DNA of 64,000 nt from Lama guanicoe. Its lineage: Eukaryota. Shown here in pieces: positions 50,486 to 63,808 of the stretch (position 1 is its first letter; every line of letters begins with the position of its first letter). The notes beneath the pieces are model-generated. The model was not told the origin of the DNA. It did not search any database and saw only the letters and a program-made list of their open reading frames with translations. The stretch is from positions 5,381,078-5,445,077 of the forward strand of contig MU054001.1 in assembly GCA_013239625.1 (NCBI GenBank), read 5' to 3'. A program made the position numbers and the translations under genes.

Positions 50486-53400
50486 TCCCTCCACCCACAG
50501 TTCCTATTCTGCTTCCTAGAGACCGAGTTCGGGCCCTTTCTTCAGTTGTGAAGCATGAGCTGCAAGCAACAAACAAACTAAGTCAAGCCCCATCATATAA
50601 TCCCATACCAGACACAGTTTCCCACCAAGGAAAAGACAGTGTCTGACTTATCTCTGCCCCCACCCCCACCCCCAGCGTAGACACTGTGACTGGCCCAGAG
50701 CAGAGCCTCTGGGAACCATCATCACGTGAAGGTCAAAGCATAGAAATGAAAATGTCTTTGTGCACAGACTTTCTCAATAACTCTCCCCAGGCCCCAGTCA
50801 AGGCTGGGATGTGGGTCAGGGGGCAGTTGAAGAGAGGTGGCAGGAAGTTGGGCCAAAGTACCAGACAGTCTAGAATGTAGCTTCCAGTCTGAGCTTGGGT
50901 GACGGTGACCCCAGCCAAGCCACTATGTCCTTCCTTTGACCAGTCTGGTTCAGCGGCCAGATGGTAATGACTTTCCAATCCCCTCAGCCCAGGCAGGCTG
51001 TGAACAAGCACCGTCAAGTATGGTCCTGATCGGCCAGGCCCCAGGGCCCCAAGCTGCCTTGTTGCAGCAAATGACGACTTTTTAATTTCAAGCCTTTCGG
51101 TCCCTGATGAGAGAGGTGGAGATAGAGGCGAGGAAAGCATCTGGATCCTGAAAAATCAGAGAGACTTTGGGTAGAGAGCAACCTTGAGAGGTCATTCACC
51201 CTCTGCCTGGCCAGATTTTCTCCTTGGTCAGCCCAGACCCACCTCCTTCAAGAAGCCTTCCTGGGCTACTTCCGTCTTAAGGCTCTCTCTCTGGCCTCCA
51301 AATATCTCCAACAATTTGCATCATTCACAGAATATCCAGGTGAAGCCCTGATCCTTGGGAGCAGGCACTGGTTGAACTTGAAGCCAGACAAATATATTTG
51401 AGTCTTGGCTTCAATTCTCACAGTGGGCATATGACCTTGGAAAGATCTCTGACCCTCAGTTCCCTAAAATGGGGATAAACCCCTTTCCTAATTACTCACA
51501 GACATATTGAGAGGGTTGAATAAGGTAACAAAGGGGAAAACATCTTTTGTAAAGTTGACAAAAAAGACAAAGAAAGAGGGCACCATCCTACTTTCCTGCC
51601 TCTCAACCTCTCCTCCTTCACAGAGTCAGCATCTGAGAGCAGGCCCTCACTCCAGACTCCCAGGAAGCTATGAAACTAGGGGGTTCCTTAAAGGCAAGGA
51701 TTCTTGCACAGAACATGTTCATTGGGGGTTATTGTGACCACAGAGCCCCCAGGGTCATGACACAGACATTGACCCCAAAGTCCATGGGCATCTCAGAGAT
51801 GGGTCTATGTCTGGGTGAAAGATACTGACGTTTTACAGAATGTCAAATGAATTGCCATTTTACTTTGCTCCCTTTTCCTCCATTTTCAGAGGGTGAGGAT
51901 TTGGGGTAAGTGTTCTGGACTCAAAGCAGCACCAAAGGTGCTGGAGGAAGGCAGGCAGGATGGGCCCCTGGGCTTAGGGGCAAGCCTGGCAGCCCTGAAC
52001 TCTGCATTCGCCATGGGCAGATGTTTCCCTAGGGCTCTGGATGCAGGCCAGGAGGGGAAGGGACTGATGAAAAATCCTGGCTTGATGAGGGCCTTGGCTG
52101 GGCATCTCAAGAGCTGCTTAGAGCATCAGAGGCATACAAAGGCCAGACTAATTGTTCAAAATACATTCCTGGCATCTTTCCAGGCCAGCCTTGGAACAAG
52201 CCACTGGTCCCAGAGTCCTGGCCACTGCTCTGCTTGTCCAACCAGAGTTGCTCGCCACCCCGACCAGGAGGAAGATGGAGGCCAGGCTCTCATGGCTGAT
52301 CCCACCCCTGAGAAGCCCACCTGGCCCCCGGCCCACAACAAGATCCTGGTGTTGGGGAACATCTACACAGCACTTCCCATCCAGGCACTGAGGGTCTCAC
52401 GCCTCTGTTCCATTAGAGGTCCAAGACAGGACACAAACCCACCTGCTTTGGAAGGTGGTGGCTGGAAGATCTGAAAGCAGATTTTGCTGCAGAAATCTAA
52501 TTTCTTTTTCTGGGGGCAAGAGAGAAATGAACTAAGTTTTGAAAGTAAGACCATCACTTTTTATGCAGTGGATGAGAGGATACACGTTCCAACCACCCAC
52601 CATCCCTTCCTCAGCCCTGGACTTGGACTTCCAGATTCCAGACAAGGTCCGTGTTCCAGGTCAAGGTGACTATCATAGCCTGCAGCCCTGAGGCTATTAG
52701 GAAGATGTTGGAAAGACTCTAAATAACTCTTTCATGTTTCTCACACTGACTAACATCCTTTGTGACCCCTATGCCCATGTGCTATCCAATTTAGTCCCCA
52801 CAATAACGCAGTGAGGGAGGCAGGGCCCTGAACATTATACCCATTGTACAGATGAGGGGACTGAGGCCCAGGGAGGGAAAGCATTCACTGCAACAGCCCA
52901 GGCCCCAAGCATTGTGATTAACCCAGCTCTGATTACATCCCACTAACCGGAATGTGATACGAATACCATAAGGAGCACTAGAAGCACTAACAGGATCAAA
53001 TCCCAGCTCAGCCGTTTACGGCACTGCAAACCCTGCGGCAAAGTCACTGACCATTTCTCACCTTCATCAGAAAGATGGGACCACAGTTCTTATCTCATGC
53101 GGTTCTTTGTGAGGATGAAATGGAAAAAATAATGCTGGAAGTGTCTAGCACACTTCTTGCTGCACACAGTAGGTACTCAATCAATATTTGCTCCTGTTAG
53201 GTTTGTAAATTGTTCCCTCCCAGACTAAATATGAAGGGACCTAGGCAGTTTCGCACAAAGAAATCAGAATTGTGTGAGTGTCAGGGATGGAGGGAGGAAG
53301 AGTCAATGTGTATCAGGTATGTTTTCAGTGCTTTTTAATGAAATTATTTGATAATTTTTTAAAAATCTATTTTTAAGCAAAAAAAAAATCACATAAAATG

Positions 53401-56400
53401 TAAGATGGGAGTGCCAAAATAATTTAAAGGGACCAGAAAACCGAACAGGACCAGACAGGGCAGGACAAGAAGCATTGTTGAGGGTGGAACTTAGCTTTGA
53501 GTTCACCCTGGCAGCTGGCTGAGTTCTAACTGACCAGTCACAGGCAGCAGGCAAATTTGTTCGCAAAGTCTCCCCAGTCCAGTTGCAAGGAGACGCTCTT
53601 GCAAGGACCCTTATATAACCTGGCCACACCAGGTCACAGAGGGAACAGTGATTTTGCAAAAGGCAGATCTCCTGGTTAAGAATGTTTCTCATTACAGGGG
53701 TCACTGGGGACTCTGGCTGCCTGTCCCCAGGGCACACCGGCCAAGTGAGCTCTGCTCAGCCCAGGGAACACAGCCGAGTGGTCAGCCCCCTGAACTCACT
53801 TCGTCCTGCTGCTACACCTGGACTGTCGCATGGGTGGTTCCCTCACCCAACCCTGGGTCTCTCACCGTGGTGGCATTTAGGAGTCTCTAGGAGGGTCTGG
53901 GATCCTCCTCCATATCCTCTTCTCCCCTTCTCGCCTTTCTTCAGCATCTCCTGCCTCACTAATGATGACATTTTCACCAAGTGGCAATGACAGGAGAAAT
54001 TAGTTCACAGCCTTTGGCAACTGAACATTGAGCATTCAGATTAAACTTTCAAAGAGAAAATATAATCTGCACATGCAGGGAAATCATTTGGTATTTGGGA
54101 AAGACTTCAGGGTGGAATGGCCAGCCCAAGCCACAGACCCTCAAGGGGGACAGAAGGGGAGAGCACTGGGGGAGCTGAGAGGAACAGGCAGTCCAGCACA
54201 CACAGAAGCACTCGACTGCACACATATGCAAGGCGGAGGGTCCACGTCTGCTCTTAACTACAACCAAAAACTGTCAAAGAGCTCTGTGGCTTAATGAGCC
54301 CGTCAGGCTGGGGTGCACTGACTGTAACATTTCAGCTAATTGGCCACAGCATTTCTCTTCCATCAGTTCCCCTCTGGCTTCCCCACTCACCATCCCCCTC
54401 TTCCCAATCACCGAAAATTATTAAGAAAGCTTGGCATTCAGCAGGGCATGAGATAGCTTCTCCTCATATGCCCCCGGCGCTCTTCTCATTGTTTTTAAAG
54501 TCAGGGAATTAGACCTTACGAAGGGCTGTCCTTGCAAGTGGATGGCAGAGACAGATGCCCATGTGACAGAGCAAACTCTACAGGGCGCAGGCACCATCTC
54601 ATTGTCTTCTGCCTTTCCATACATGGGGCTGACAACATTTAGGAATAACTGTTTCCTGAGCCCCCAGAGCTACAGGCTTGTTGTGCACTGCGCCACGCCA
54701 GGGTATGTCTATTGATCCTCCTGGGGGTGGGCAGTGTTCAACCTGCACAGCCCTTTTCCAAGCAGCCCGTGAGCTCCGACACTGAGTCTGGTTCTGCACA
54801 CCTCTGCACCACCAGTGCCTGCACAGTGCCTGGCACAGTGCACGTATTTGGCCTTTGACAGATATTTACCGTATATCTCTGTGAGAACAGGAGCTGCTCC
54901 AAAAAAGTCTAATAAGTTTAATTTAAATAAAAGTCTGGATTGCAGTTGTTTTAGCACAATGTGCTTTTCTTAGGTCCCCTTTCCTCCACCATGGCCATCA
55001 GACTTCCTGTGGACAAGAGAACAGGGAGTACTGGGTTCTCAGGCCACTTCTGGCTCTTCTGCTTCCTGGTCTCTAGTCCTTGGTTTCCCAGCCTGTAAAA
55101 TGAGACAATTGGACTCTGACCTGTAAACCCCCACCCCACACTCTCATTCAGGCTAGAAGAACAATTCCCCCTCGCTTACATCAACAGCAGAGTATGAATG
55201 ACTGACACTTCTCCCTCTCCATTTCTCAGTCTTCTGTGTTAGATATACTCTCAACCTGGCTTTCCCCTCATGGTGGCAAAATGGCTGCCAGGAACCCAAG
55301 GCTTTAGCAGCCCCAGCAGAAAATCATATAACAGAGAGTCTTCTATAGCAGTCTGAAACTAAGTTCTGAAATTCAAACTCAATGGGAAATTTGGTCACAT
55401 GCCCATCCCAAGGGAAATGCAATGTTCTGATTGGACAACTAGTCCAGACCTATCCCTACCAGAACTTCTTAGGCTGAGAGTTGGGAAAAGTGGTTCTTCC
55501 AAGGAAATACTGAAGGGAGATGGATGCTGGGCTTCCCCCAAGTAAGGAATGGCTCCCAGGGCCCCTGAGAGGTCAGAAGAGGTGAAGTCCATTCGTGAGA
55601 GTTCTGGTATATTGAACAACATGAATAACTGCCAAATGATGGCTATAAAAATGATGAAACATTCTTAATGTATACTTTTAACAAACAAATGCTTTCGCAC
55701 CAAGAAACTGATAGTGTAATGGTGCTAATTATCAAATAAATAGAGCTGATTTAAAACATTAATTCATAGAGCTCTGCAAGCTGTCTGCTCCATTAATGGC
55801 ACACACGTTGACGCTTAAGGGATGGACGTGCTCTGACTGTGAGCAAGGCCTCCAAGGGCACCGTTCTCCCCATAGCTGTTGCAGATTTGCACGTTTTCCT
55901 GACAACGTTCTGGCAGTCGGCAGTAGAATGTCTTGTGGAAGAGAGGCCTTTCTGCAATTCACGCTAAGTTATAATATGAATTTACTGCAGACTCTATTTA
56001 CCAGTAGACCTTATCAAAAGTCTAATTTGGGGGCCCATTTGTAAAAGTGAGGCAGAGGCCAAATGGCTCTGTTGCTCCCATCAGCACACAAATAGTAAAA
56101 CCCCTAGAGTCCAGCTGAAACTAGGAGAGGAATTGGGTGGGGAGGAAGAGGAACGTTCTCTTATTGCAATTCTTATGTTGAATTGCATTTTATCCACTAA
56201 TAGTGTGTTTCTTGTTTTTAACTAATTTTTCAACAAAGTCAGAAGTAACTCAGGGCAGGCAGGCAGGCGAAGGTGGGCTGAACACGGTAGAGGACTCTGC
56301 AGCTCAATCAGAAGCATCCTTCCCACCTGTTTGAATCTGAAAGGCTTGCAGATAATGGAAAGATGGCTCTCAGACTGGGACAGCCTGCAGCCTCTCCACT

Positions 56401-57349
56401 CCAAGAGTAAGAGAAAGCTTTAGTATTTGAAGGTTTCAAAAGGAAACGTATTAGGAGATGAGTATTTTAACTCTCTGAATTAATGGCTAGCAGAACATTC
56501 CATTGTAACAGACACTTTTTTTTTTTTTTTTGATGGGCGCAGACAGAACCCTTGGGAAGATAATAATGCCTGGAGTTGAGTGTGGCTTCTCAGGCAGGAG
56601 AGCGTGAATAGCTGTCCTGGTAACCACCCTTCACACTGGAAGACCTCTTACTTTTAGGAGCTTATGAAGAAAGATAAGGGGGGGAGGGGAAGGACAGCCA
56701 TGGGGATGATTTGTCAAAGGTTTGGGGGGATCATAAACAAAAACGCTCCCTCCTCTCCGTTGCTTTCTTTGCGTTGCTCTGGCTGCTGCAGGCTGGCGTT
56801 GCTGATTTTCTCTGACAAAGACTCATTCGCCATGAGCTCAAATGAAAACATTAATTGTGAACCGAAGAGGTAATTAGAGAGTCTGAGTTTAATTTTGCTG
56901 ACATTATCCTGATTCTGTTTGAAGAGTTGAGAGGGCCTTCCCACTCAGTAGTAAGTAATTACTACTCAGTGCTCGGGACCAGCTCCTCTGCCTGGGGGGT
57001 GGCTGTACAGCTTTCCAATCAACCCTGCAACATTAAAATGAGATGGCGCGAGGTGGGGCAGATGGGGGAGGGGTGGGTGGTTGTTGGTAAAGCTCAGAAA
57101 TGTACTTGCCCTAGGACAGCCAGCCTGAGAATGACTAGGGACTGGGGCGGGGGGCTCTAGGACTAGTAGAAGGGACTGCAAGTAAATGAAAAGGAGGGAG
57201 CAGGGGGCAGGAGAAGAGAGAATAGAGAGGTGGGAGGGAAAAATGAAGGGGGAAGATATAAGATGGCGTGAGAAGGGGAGAGCGCATGACAGAGGAGAAG
57301 AGAAAGATGGAGAGAAGTGACGGAGAGGAGCGGACAGGGGATGGGGGCG

Positions 57350-58350
57350 AGGTCAGCAAGGGAAGGGAAGGTGACAGAGGCCGAGAGTGCAGCCATCCCT
57401 GCGGTTGGAGCCCCGGCGGCTCCCGCACCGTCCCCACCTCCGGCCAGTGCTGTCCCCTGGCCCGCTGCCCCTACACCCACCCCCCAAGGGCTCCCAAGGG
57501 GTCGGCTGGGCTGGCCTGGGGAGGTGCGACACCGCGCGGCCTCTGCCCGACGGGCCAGCAGCATTCCGTCCCGGGGAGGCCGCCGGGACCCGCGAAGGCC
57601 GAGTCGCATCGACCCGTCTCCCGGCTCGGGGACTGACCACGGGCGGGAGCCTCGGGGCGGGGCGGCCATCGATCCCGCCGCCCCGCCGCTCCGATCGAGG
57701 ACGGAGGCGTTTCCTGGCGGCGCGCTCCCCACCGGGCCGGCGAGACCGGGATAAGTGGGAGCAATTGGGCCGGGCGGCGCCGAGGCACATCTGCCCCGCG
57801 CGGGTGCCGCCGCCCGAGCTCGCCGCAATTAGGGCTGAGTGTCTAAATCGGCTAAGTTCACCGTAGAGCATGTCCGGCGCCTTGTTTACCGCCGAGACGT
57901 GCTCGGCCAGCTCCCCGCAGCCCGCCCGCCAGGCGCTGTACCGCCAGGAGCCGCGGGGAGGCCGGGCCGGCTGCCTGCGCTCGGCCGATGGGCGCGGCGC
58001 ATCGGTGAGGAGAGCCAGGAGCGCAAGCGGGCCCTCGCGGACGCTGGGGGCTCCCCGGCCCTGGTCGGCGGAGAGGAGGGGCGTCAGCGCAGCCCCTACC
58101 CCCGGGCTGGTGCCCGTTCTTCCTGGGCCGGAGGACCTGAGGGCTCAATTCTTCCATCTGCTCCGAGACCCTGGGCGGGCGCGGGCCGCCCGGGTCCTTT
58201 GTGGTCTCTGCACTCGGAGGCCGGCTACTTCCGTAGCACCGAAGCACGGGCACGGCCAGCCCACCAGTCGTTAAAGGACTAAATGGGCTCTTGCAAATAG
58301 AGGCTTGGCTCGGCGGTCATCAGGACGGCGCCCTCCCTGAAGGCAGGACT
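57350..58350. promoter_or_regulatory. CpG island (promoter or orphan CGI/enhancer)
   Basis: About 1 kb of very high GC with dense, undepleted CpG and GGGCGG boxes, against CpG-poor flanks. Confidence 0.9.
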
Positions 58351-58872
58351 CAACCACGAGGTTCACCGCCCTCTGTCCAGTACACAGACTCTCCAGCAGT
58401 TACTAGGCGCTCCCCAAACATGCGTTAAATAAATGAAGGAGCAGGAATCACTGATGCTACTAATATAAAAATCGCTCTTGTTAACGAGCAGTCCTTTGTG
58501 CTAGCGCGTGGCTAATCTCACATACCGTTTAATAGCTGCTTTGGGGACAGGAAGTGTTATGCCTATTTCAGAGTTGAGGAAACCGAGGTCCTGGCAGTTA
58601 AGGACCTTGCTTCAGGTCCCCAGCTAATAAGTAGGGAACCAGGGTTTGAACCCAGACCCACTGGCTTCGCTCCCAGCCCTCCTCCTCCCTTCTGCCACAC
58701 TCACAGCTGTGTTTACACAAGACCCAGCTGAAAATTATAGTTCAACCTGTCAAGTGTCTTGGCTAAGGATGACTATTTGTGTATTTTACCAAAATCAGTC
58801 TTCTGACTGCATTGTCTGTCTTTTCTTCCGTGCCTCAACAATCTACGGGGAGGGGGGTTGCGGGACAAGTAG

Positions 58873-58883
58873 TGCGCATGCGC
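58873..58883. promoter_or_regulatory. NRF1 consensus site
   Basis: TGCGCATGCGC. Confidence 0.5.
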
Positions 58884-58949
58884 CAGGGAACATCCTTGAT
58901 GTATTCAAGGCAGTCCCCTCCCTCTGGAAGCAGACACTTTAGGAAAGCA

Positions 58950-59305
58950 GGTGTATCAGCCCTGGCTGCCAATAACACATCACAGACAGGGTGGCTTAAA
59001 CAATAGAAATGTATTTTCTTATGATTCTGGAGATAGGACCACTGGGTCAGCAGGATTGGTCTCTGCTGAGATCTATTTCCTTGGGTTGTAGATAGCACTG
59101 TCTCTCTGCATGCTGCCAGACAGAGATCTCTGCTCTCTCTTCCTCTTCTTATAAAGACACCCGTGCTACTGGATCAAGGCCCCACCCTACGACCTCATTT
59201 AACTTTAATTACCCCTTTAAAGGCCCTATCTGCAAAAGCAAACACATTGGGGGTTAGGTCTTAAACATGTGAATTTGATGGAAAGACACAATTCAGTCCA
59301 TAACA
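58950..59305 (-). mobile_element. MaLR MLT1A/B-type LTR
   Basis: ggtggcttaaacaatagaaatgtattttc...cttcttataaagacac...cacaattcagtccataaca. Confidence 0.8.
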
Positions 59306-60054
59306 GCAGGGCCAGGAGAGACAGAGGGACAACTCTAGTCCGTGCCCTTGATAAGGACCAGCACAGATGACCGTCAAAGCACTGTGGGAGCCAGAGAAGG
59401 AAATGGCTAACCTCCTGAAGAAAGAGTTTTGGAGCCAAAACCTAGAATCATAGCAAAGCAGGGCAAGGTCAGAAGAGACAATATAATTCCACCATTTCAT
59501 TTGTCAGACAGGGAAACTCAGGGAAAAGAAAAAAAGTGGAGGGAAAAGAAGTTGTGATTGCAGTGCAGGAACAGAATGACAGAATGACAGAATCACCACC
59601 ATTTGTACACTTGGGCATTAGATGCTGGTCCCCTGGAGGGCAGAGCCAGAGGTCAAAGCTCCTCCAACCATTGTGTTGGGTTTCTCCAGGGAGGAGGACT
59701 GGGGAAGGAGGACTGATGAGCTGGGCCCTGAGAGTTTGGAGCTGGCTGAAAGAAGGAAGGGGAGGAGAGGGGAAGGAATCCAGTCCTGGGGAAAGAGATG
59801 GATTGTGCCATAACAGCCTCCCCTCCAGATTCACTTAATACCCACCTCCTCACCTTCCCCACAATCTAAGCCACCTTCACCACGGTGCTCAATGGAAGCA
59901 GACAGGCCCAGACTGGCTGCAGGGACCAGAGATGACCGTGGAACCCACAAACGCTGCTCTACCCCATAAGTCAATTAAGGTGCCTTGAAAGGATTTTAAA
60001 CAAGGGAGGGGAGTGTGGTTAGAAAGTCATCTTTATTTACTACTGTACCAAATC

Positions 60055-60530
60055 ATTTTTTATTAAGTGCCTACTGTGTGCCAGGCACTGATCTAAACTC
60101 CTGGGGCATACGAGAGAGCAAGACAGGCACATTTTTGTACAGTGTACATTTCAATGGGAGAGAGGGGTTAGTTATGCAATGCAAAATAAACATAGTGAGT
60201 AAATACACTATATGGTATGTTAGAAGGGCATGAGTACTGCACTAATGGAGTGTGGGGAGGTTAGGAGAAGGGGAGGTGGTGTTATGATTAGAAATGGGAT
60301 GGTCAGGGCAGGCCTCATTGACCAGATTATATTTGAGTGATGACTTAAAGGCAGTAAGGGAGGCTGCCATGCAGATGTCTGTGGGAAGAGTGCTCTAGGC
60401 AGAGGGAACAGCCAGTGCAAAGGACCTGAGGCAGGAGCATCTCTGCATTTTTAAGGACTAGCAAGGTCAGCACAACTCCAGCAAAGCAGGCAAAGGGGAA
60501 TGAGGTAGGAGGTGAGGCCGGAGAGGTGTG
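60055..60530 (-). mobile_element. L2 3' region
   Basis: tttattaagtgcctactgtgtgccaggcactg...gggaacagccagtgcaaaggacctgaggcagga. Confidence 0.8.
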
Positions 60531-62377
60531 TGGGCCTCTCTAAGACGTCACAGAATGACACAGAAGCCGTGGAGGATAGATTTTAAATGTCAGCAGTACG
60601 GAGTATACTTCTCTAGGTTGATCTCAAGTTGTAAATAATATCAAAGGTAGGTTTTTTTTAAAAAAACAAAAATAGAAGTGTATACTCACAAAAATATCAG
60701 TATTTCAGACCTTAAAATATCCTTTAAAATACCATGGTATCATCATGTTTTGTTTAAAAAAAAAATTCCATGGTATCTTGGAAAACCTAAAGCCAGCATC
60801 ATGACCGTTGAGGGATGGGACTGGGCTCACTGCAGGCACTGGTTCAGAGCTGGGGCACTGGAGTTCTTGCTGCTGTGGGACACTATCCCTTTGTGCATCA
60901 GGTCCCCCAGGCCACAAAATCTGGATTGATGAAAGTCCCCACCTCTTAGGATGGTTATGAGGCTTAAGGGAGAGGATTGATGTCAGTACTTAACAAGGTG
61001 TCTGGTGCATTTTAAGTGCTCAGTGAACGTGAACGATTATGTTCACACATCTAGTTTTTGAACCTGAACCCTGACTCCCAGTCCAGGACACTTTTCACGC
61101 CTCAGTAATAGTAACAACAACTTCACATACCCTGAGTGTTGCCTCTGTGCCCGGCCCTGTACTAGCATTTTACATGGATCATCTTGTTTATTTCTCCATT
61201 TAACACAGGAGGGCCTGAGGCTCTAGCAGCTGTTCGCTTGTCCAGAGTTGTGCAGGTATTAAGTGGGCAAATCTGGCTTCAAATCCAGGTGAGTTTGGCT
61301 GCCGGCCCTGCACGCCTCACCGTTAACCTCTCCAGCCTCCAAAGGCTCCTGACAGCAACTTCCTCTATGGAGACAGTTCCAGATGAGCTGCAGAGGTGTG
61401 AATATCTGTGCCTCTTAGTTCATCACATAAACTAATTCAAGGTGTCATTACCCTGCCCACTGTGACAAGCTGGAATGGCTCACCAGCCACCCACCAGGCA
61501 GACTATTTCTGACAAAGTCAGACCAAGTAGGAGCTGATGTCAGCAACCAGGGTCCAGTTTATTCTGGATTCTAAGGCCCCTTCTCTCTATCGCCTGCATG
61601 TGCTCCAGTGAGTGTCTCCATCACTTCGCGTAGTGGCTTCTGAGGCATAAATTGCTCATGGAACTGGACGGTCTGGGCATCACCAGGAGAGAGAAGTGGA
61701 AAACTTGTGAATGGACTTGGGTCATAGCTCCCGATAGCATATAATTCCTGACCATCTCCTAAGCACCATCCCTATGTCAGTCTGGGAGGGAAGAAGGATG
61801 AGGCAGCCACTTCTTTTCTGCAGGTGGCTCCTGGGCCAGTGATGGAGTGAAGAGCCATAGACAGATGCAGCGTGTTTATTAAACAAGGGGAGTTGAGAGG
61901 GTGGAAGCAGAAACCAACTGCGGTGCGTCTCCCTCTGTCACTTTGAGATCTCTCTTTGGACTCTGATTCATTCTTTTCTGCCTCAGGATAAAACATCAGG
62001 CAGGTCCCGTGGTTTTCTGGGCTCTTTCAATCACGACATCTATTCTGTTTCCATAATTAAAACCACCACCTAGGACTCCACTTCCTCTACTTGCCAGACG
62101 AAACCTTCCAGAAATGTGTCCAAGGGAGAGGAGATTGAGGGAAAGGGGCACTTTTTTGTGTCTTACTATGTCTTTAAGTGTCTTCCTTTGTCACCTGGGT
62201 TTGGTGCCCTCAGAATGACCAGCGTACAGTTACCAGCCAGTGCTCCCACCCGTCCCCACCCTGTCTTTTGGGGGCACTTCTGTGGATTCCTCTCCTTTGG
62301 TTTAGACAATGCCTCTGCTCCGGATGGCCAATTAGACCTCAACCCCAGACTGACTGCCAACAGTCCACCAGTGCCAG

Positions 62378-62763
62378 GCTTGTGGATAGCTCCCCAGAGA
62401 GGTCCACATCCTAACTCTCTCTGGCACCTGAGAGCATGCTACCTTACATTGCAAGGGGGACCCTGTAGGTGTGATTAAGTTAAGGATCTGGAGATAGATT
62501 ATCCTGGACTACTTGAGTGAGCCCAGTGTTATCACAAGAGTCCTTACAAGAGGGAGGCTGGAGGGTCACAGTCAGAGAGAAGATGTCACGACAAAAGCAG
62601 AGGGCCCCAGAAAAGACAAAAACTCTAATTCAAAAAGATATATGCACCCCAGTGTTCATAGCAGCACTATTTACAATAGCCAAGACATGGAAACAACCTA
62701 AATGCCCGGTGACAGATGACTGGTTTGTGGTTATTTGTCATAGCAGCAATAGGAAACTAATAC
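62378..62763 (+). mobile_element. MLT1D-like LTR with an internal L1 fragment (62606-62723)
   Basis: gtccacatcctaa...gattaagttaaggatct...; L1 ORF2-end piece; then tttgtggttatttgtcatagcagcaataggaaactaatac. Confidence 0.8.
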
Positions 62764-63236
62764 GTCACCTTTCTGCTAGGGTCCCTGCTCCCTTCCAGGG
62801 AGCCCCCTGGTGATGATATCAGGCTGGCTGCCTTCCAAAGCGTCCACATCTGGTTCCCAGAAAACCTACCCTTCAACTCCAACCTGTCACTCTCCTCCCT
62901 GCCACAGGGGGGCAGCACCAAACACAGCTCCTCACCTTTAGACTCTTCAGGCACAAGTTCAGATCCTCTATCTCCCAAATTCTAGGAGTCACATGCCATG
63001 CTACCAAAAGGTACACTTGAATCTCCTCCTACTTGGCCTGAAGTGAGAAGTAGGCAGGAGAAACCTCTCAGCTGAGGTACATTCTCCAAACACACCCTGT
63101 CCCACTTTCCACATCCTACCTCTCCTTAGGTGGCCTAGAGGTGGTGGAGAACTACGCTGGCAAAACAGCTTCCCAGTCTCTGACCCTGTCTTACACAGGG
63201 GGTTCCGCTTTTCAATTTGGATTATAAGACTCCTGG

Positions 63237-63396
63237 GGGTGGGGGTGGGTGGGCAGTGTATAGCTCAGTGATAGAGCATGTGCTTAGCATGCACCGGGTC
63301 CTGGATTCAATCCCCAGAACCTCCATCAAAAGAAAATTTTTTTTTTAATTCTAGAGAGATAATGGACAACAAATCAAACTTAATTTAAAAAAAATA
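63237..63396 (+). mobile_element. tRNA-Ala-derived SINE with extra 3' sequence
   Basis: tatagctcagtgatagagcatgtgcttagcatgcac...; perfect 17-bp TSD GATTATAAGACTCCTGG at 63220-63236 and 63397-63413. Confidence 0.9.
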
Positions 63397-63808
63397 GATT
63401 ATAAGACTCCTGGCATCAGCCTTTGGAGTCTCTGCTAGGACTTAGACAAGAAGGATGGTCACATGAGGACTGGCACTGGTGACCTACGTCAGGGAGCAGC
63501 AGAGCTCTGTGAACACTGACTGCATAGAAAGCCTTATGCTCAGCACCGCGCATGACTTATTTCACTCAGTCTTCATACCAAGATACTGTCCTCCCCATTT
63601 CACAGATGAAGAAATGGAGGCTGAGAGAGAGAACAAGTGTTTCACTCAGGGTCACACAGTAAATGGTAGAGTTAAGATTCCAATGAAGGTGGTCACCTCA
63701 GTAGTGTTTGGGGGTAGTTAGAGTTTGGGGCTGAATTGCTCTGTGTAGGAGAGGAAAGGGAAATCTGAAGTGGGGAGGGAAGGTGGCAGGAGTGGAAATG
63801 CAGCTAGC

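Noticed and set aside
51893..52474. 193-aa ORF
   Set aside because: Non-ATG start, no recognisable homology or exon structure.
57650..57690. GC hairpin centred on ATCGAT as a miRNA/ncRNA
   Set aside because: Short and imperfect; expected by chance in a CpG island.
57135..58282. Many overlapping long ORFs (up to 221 aa) on both strands in the CpG island
   Set aside because: Arg/Pro/Gly/Ala-rich frames expected from stop-poor GC-rich DNA; no recognisable domain.
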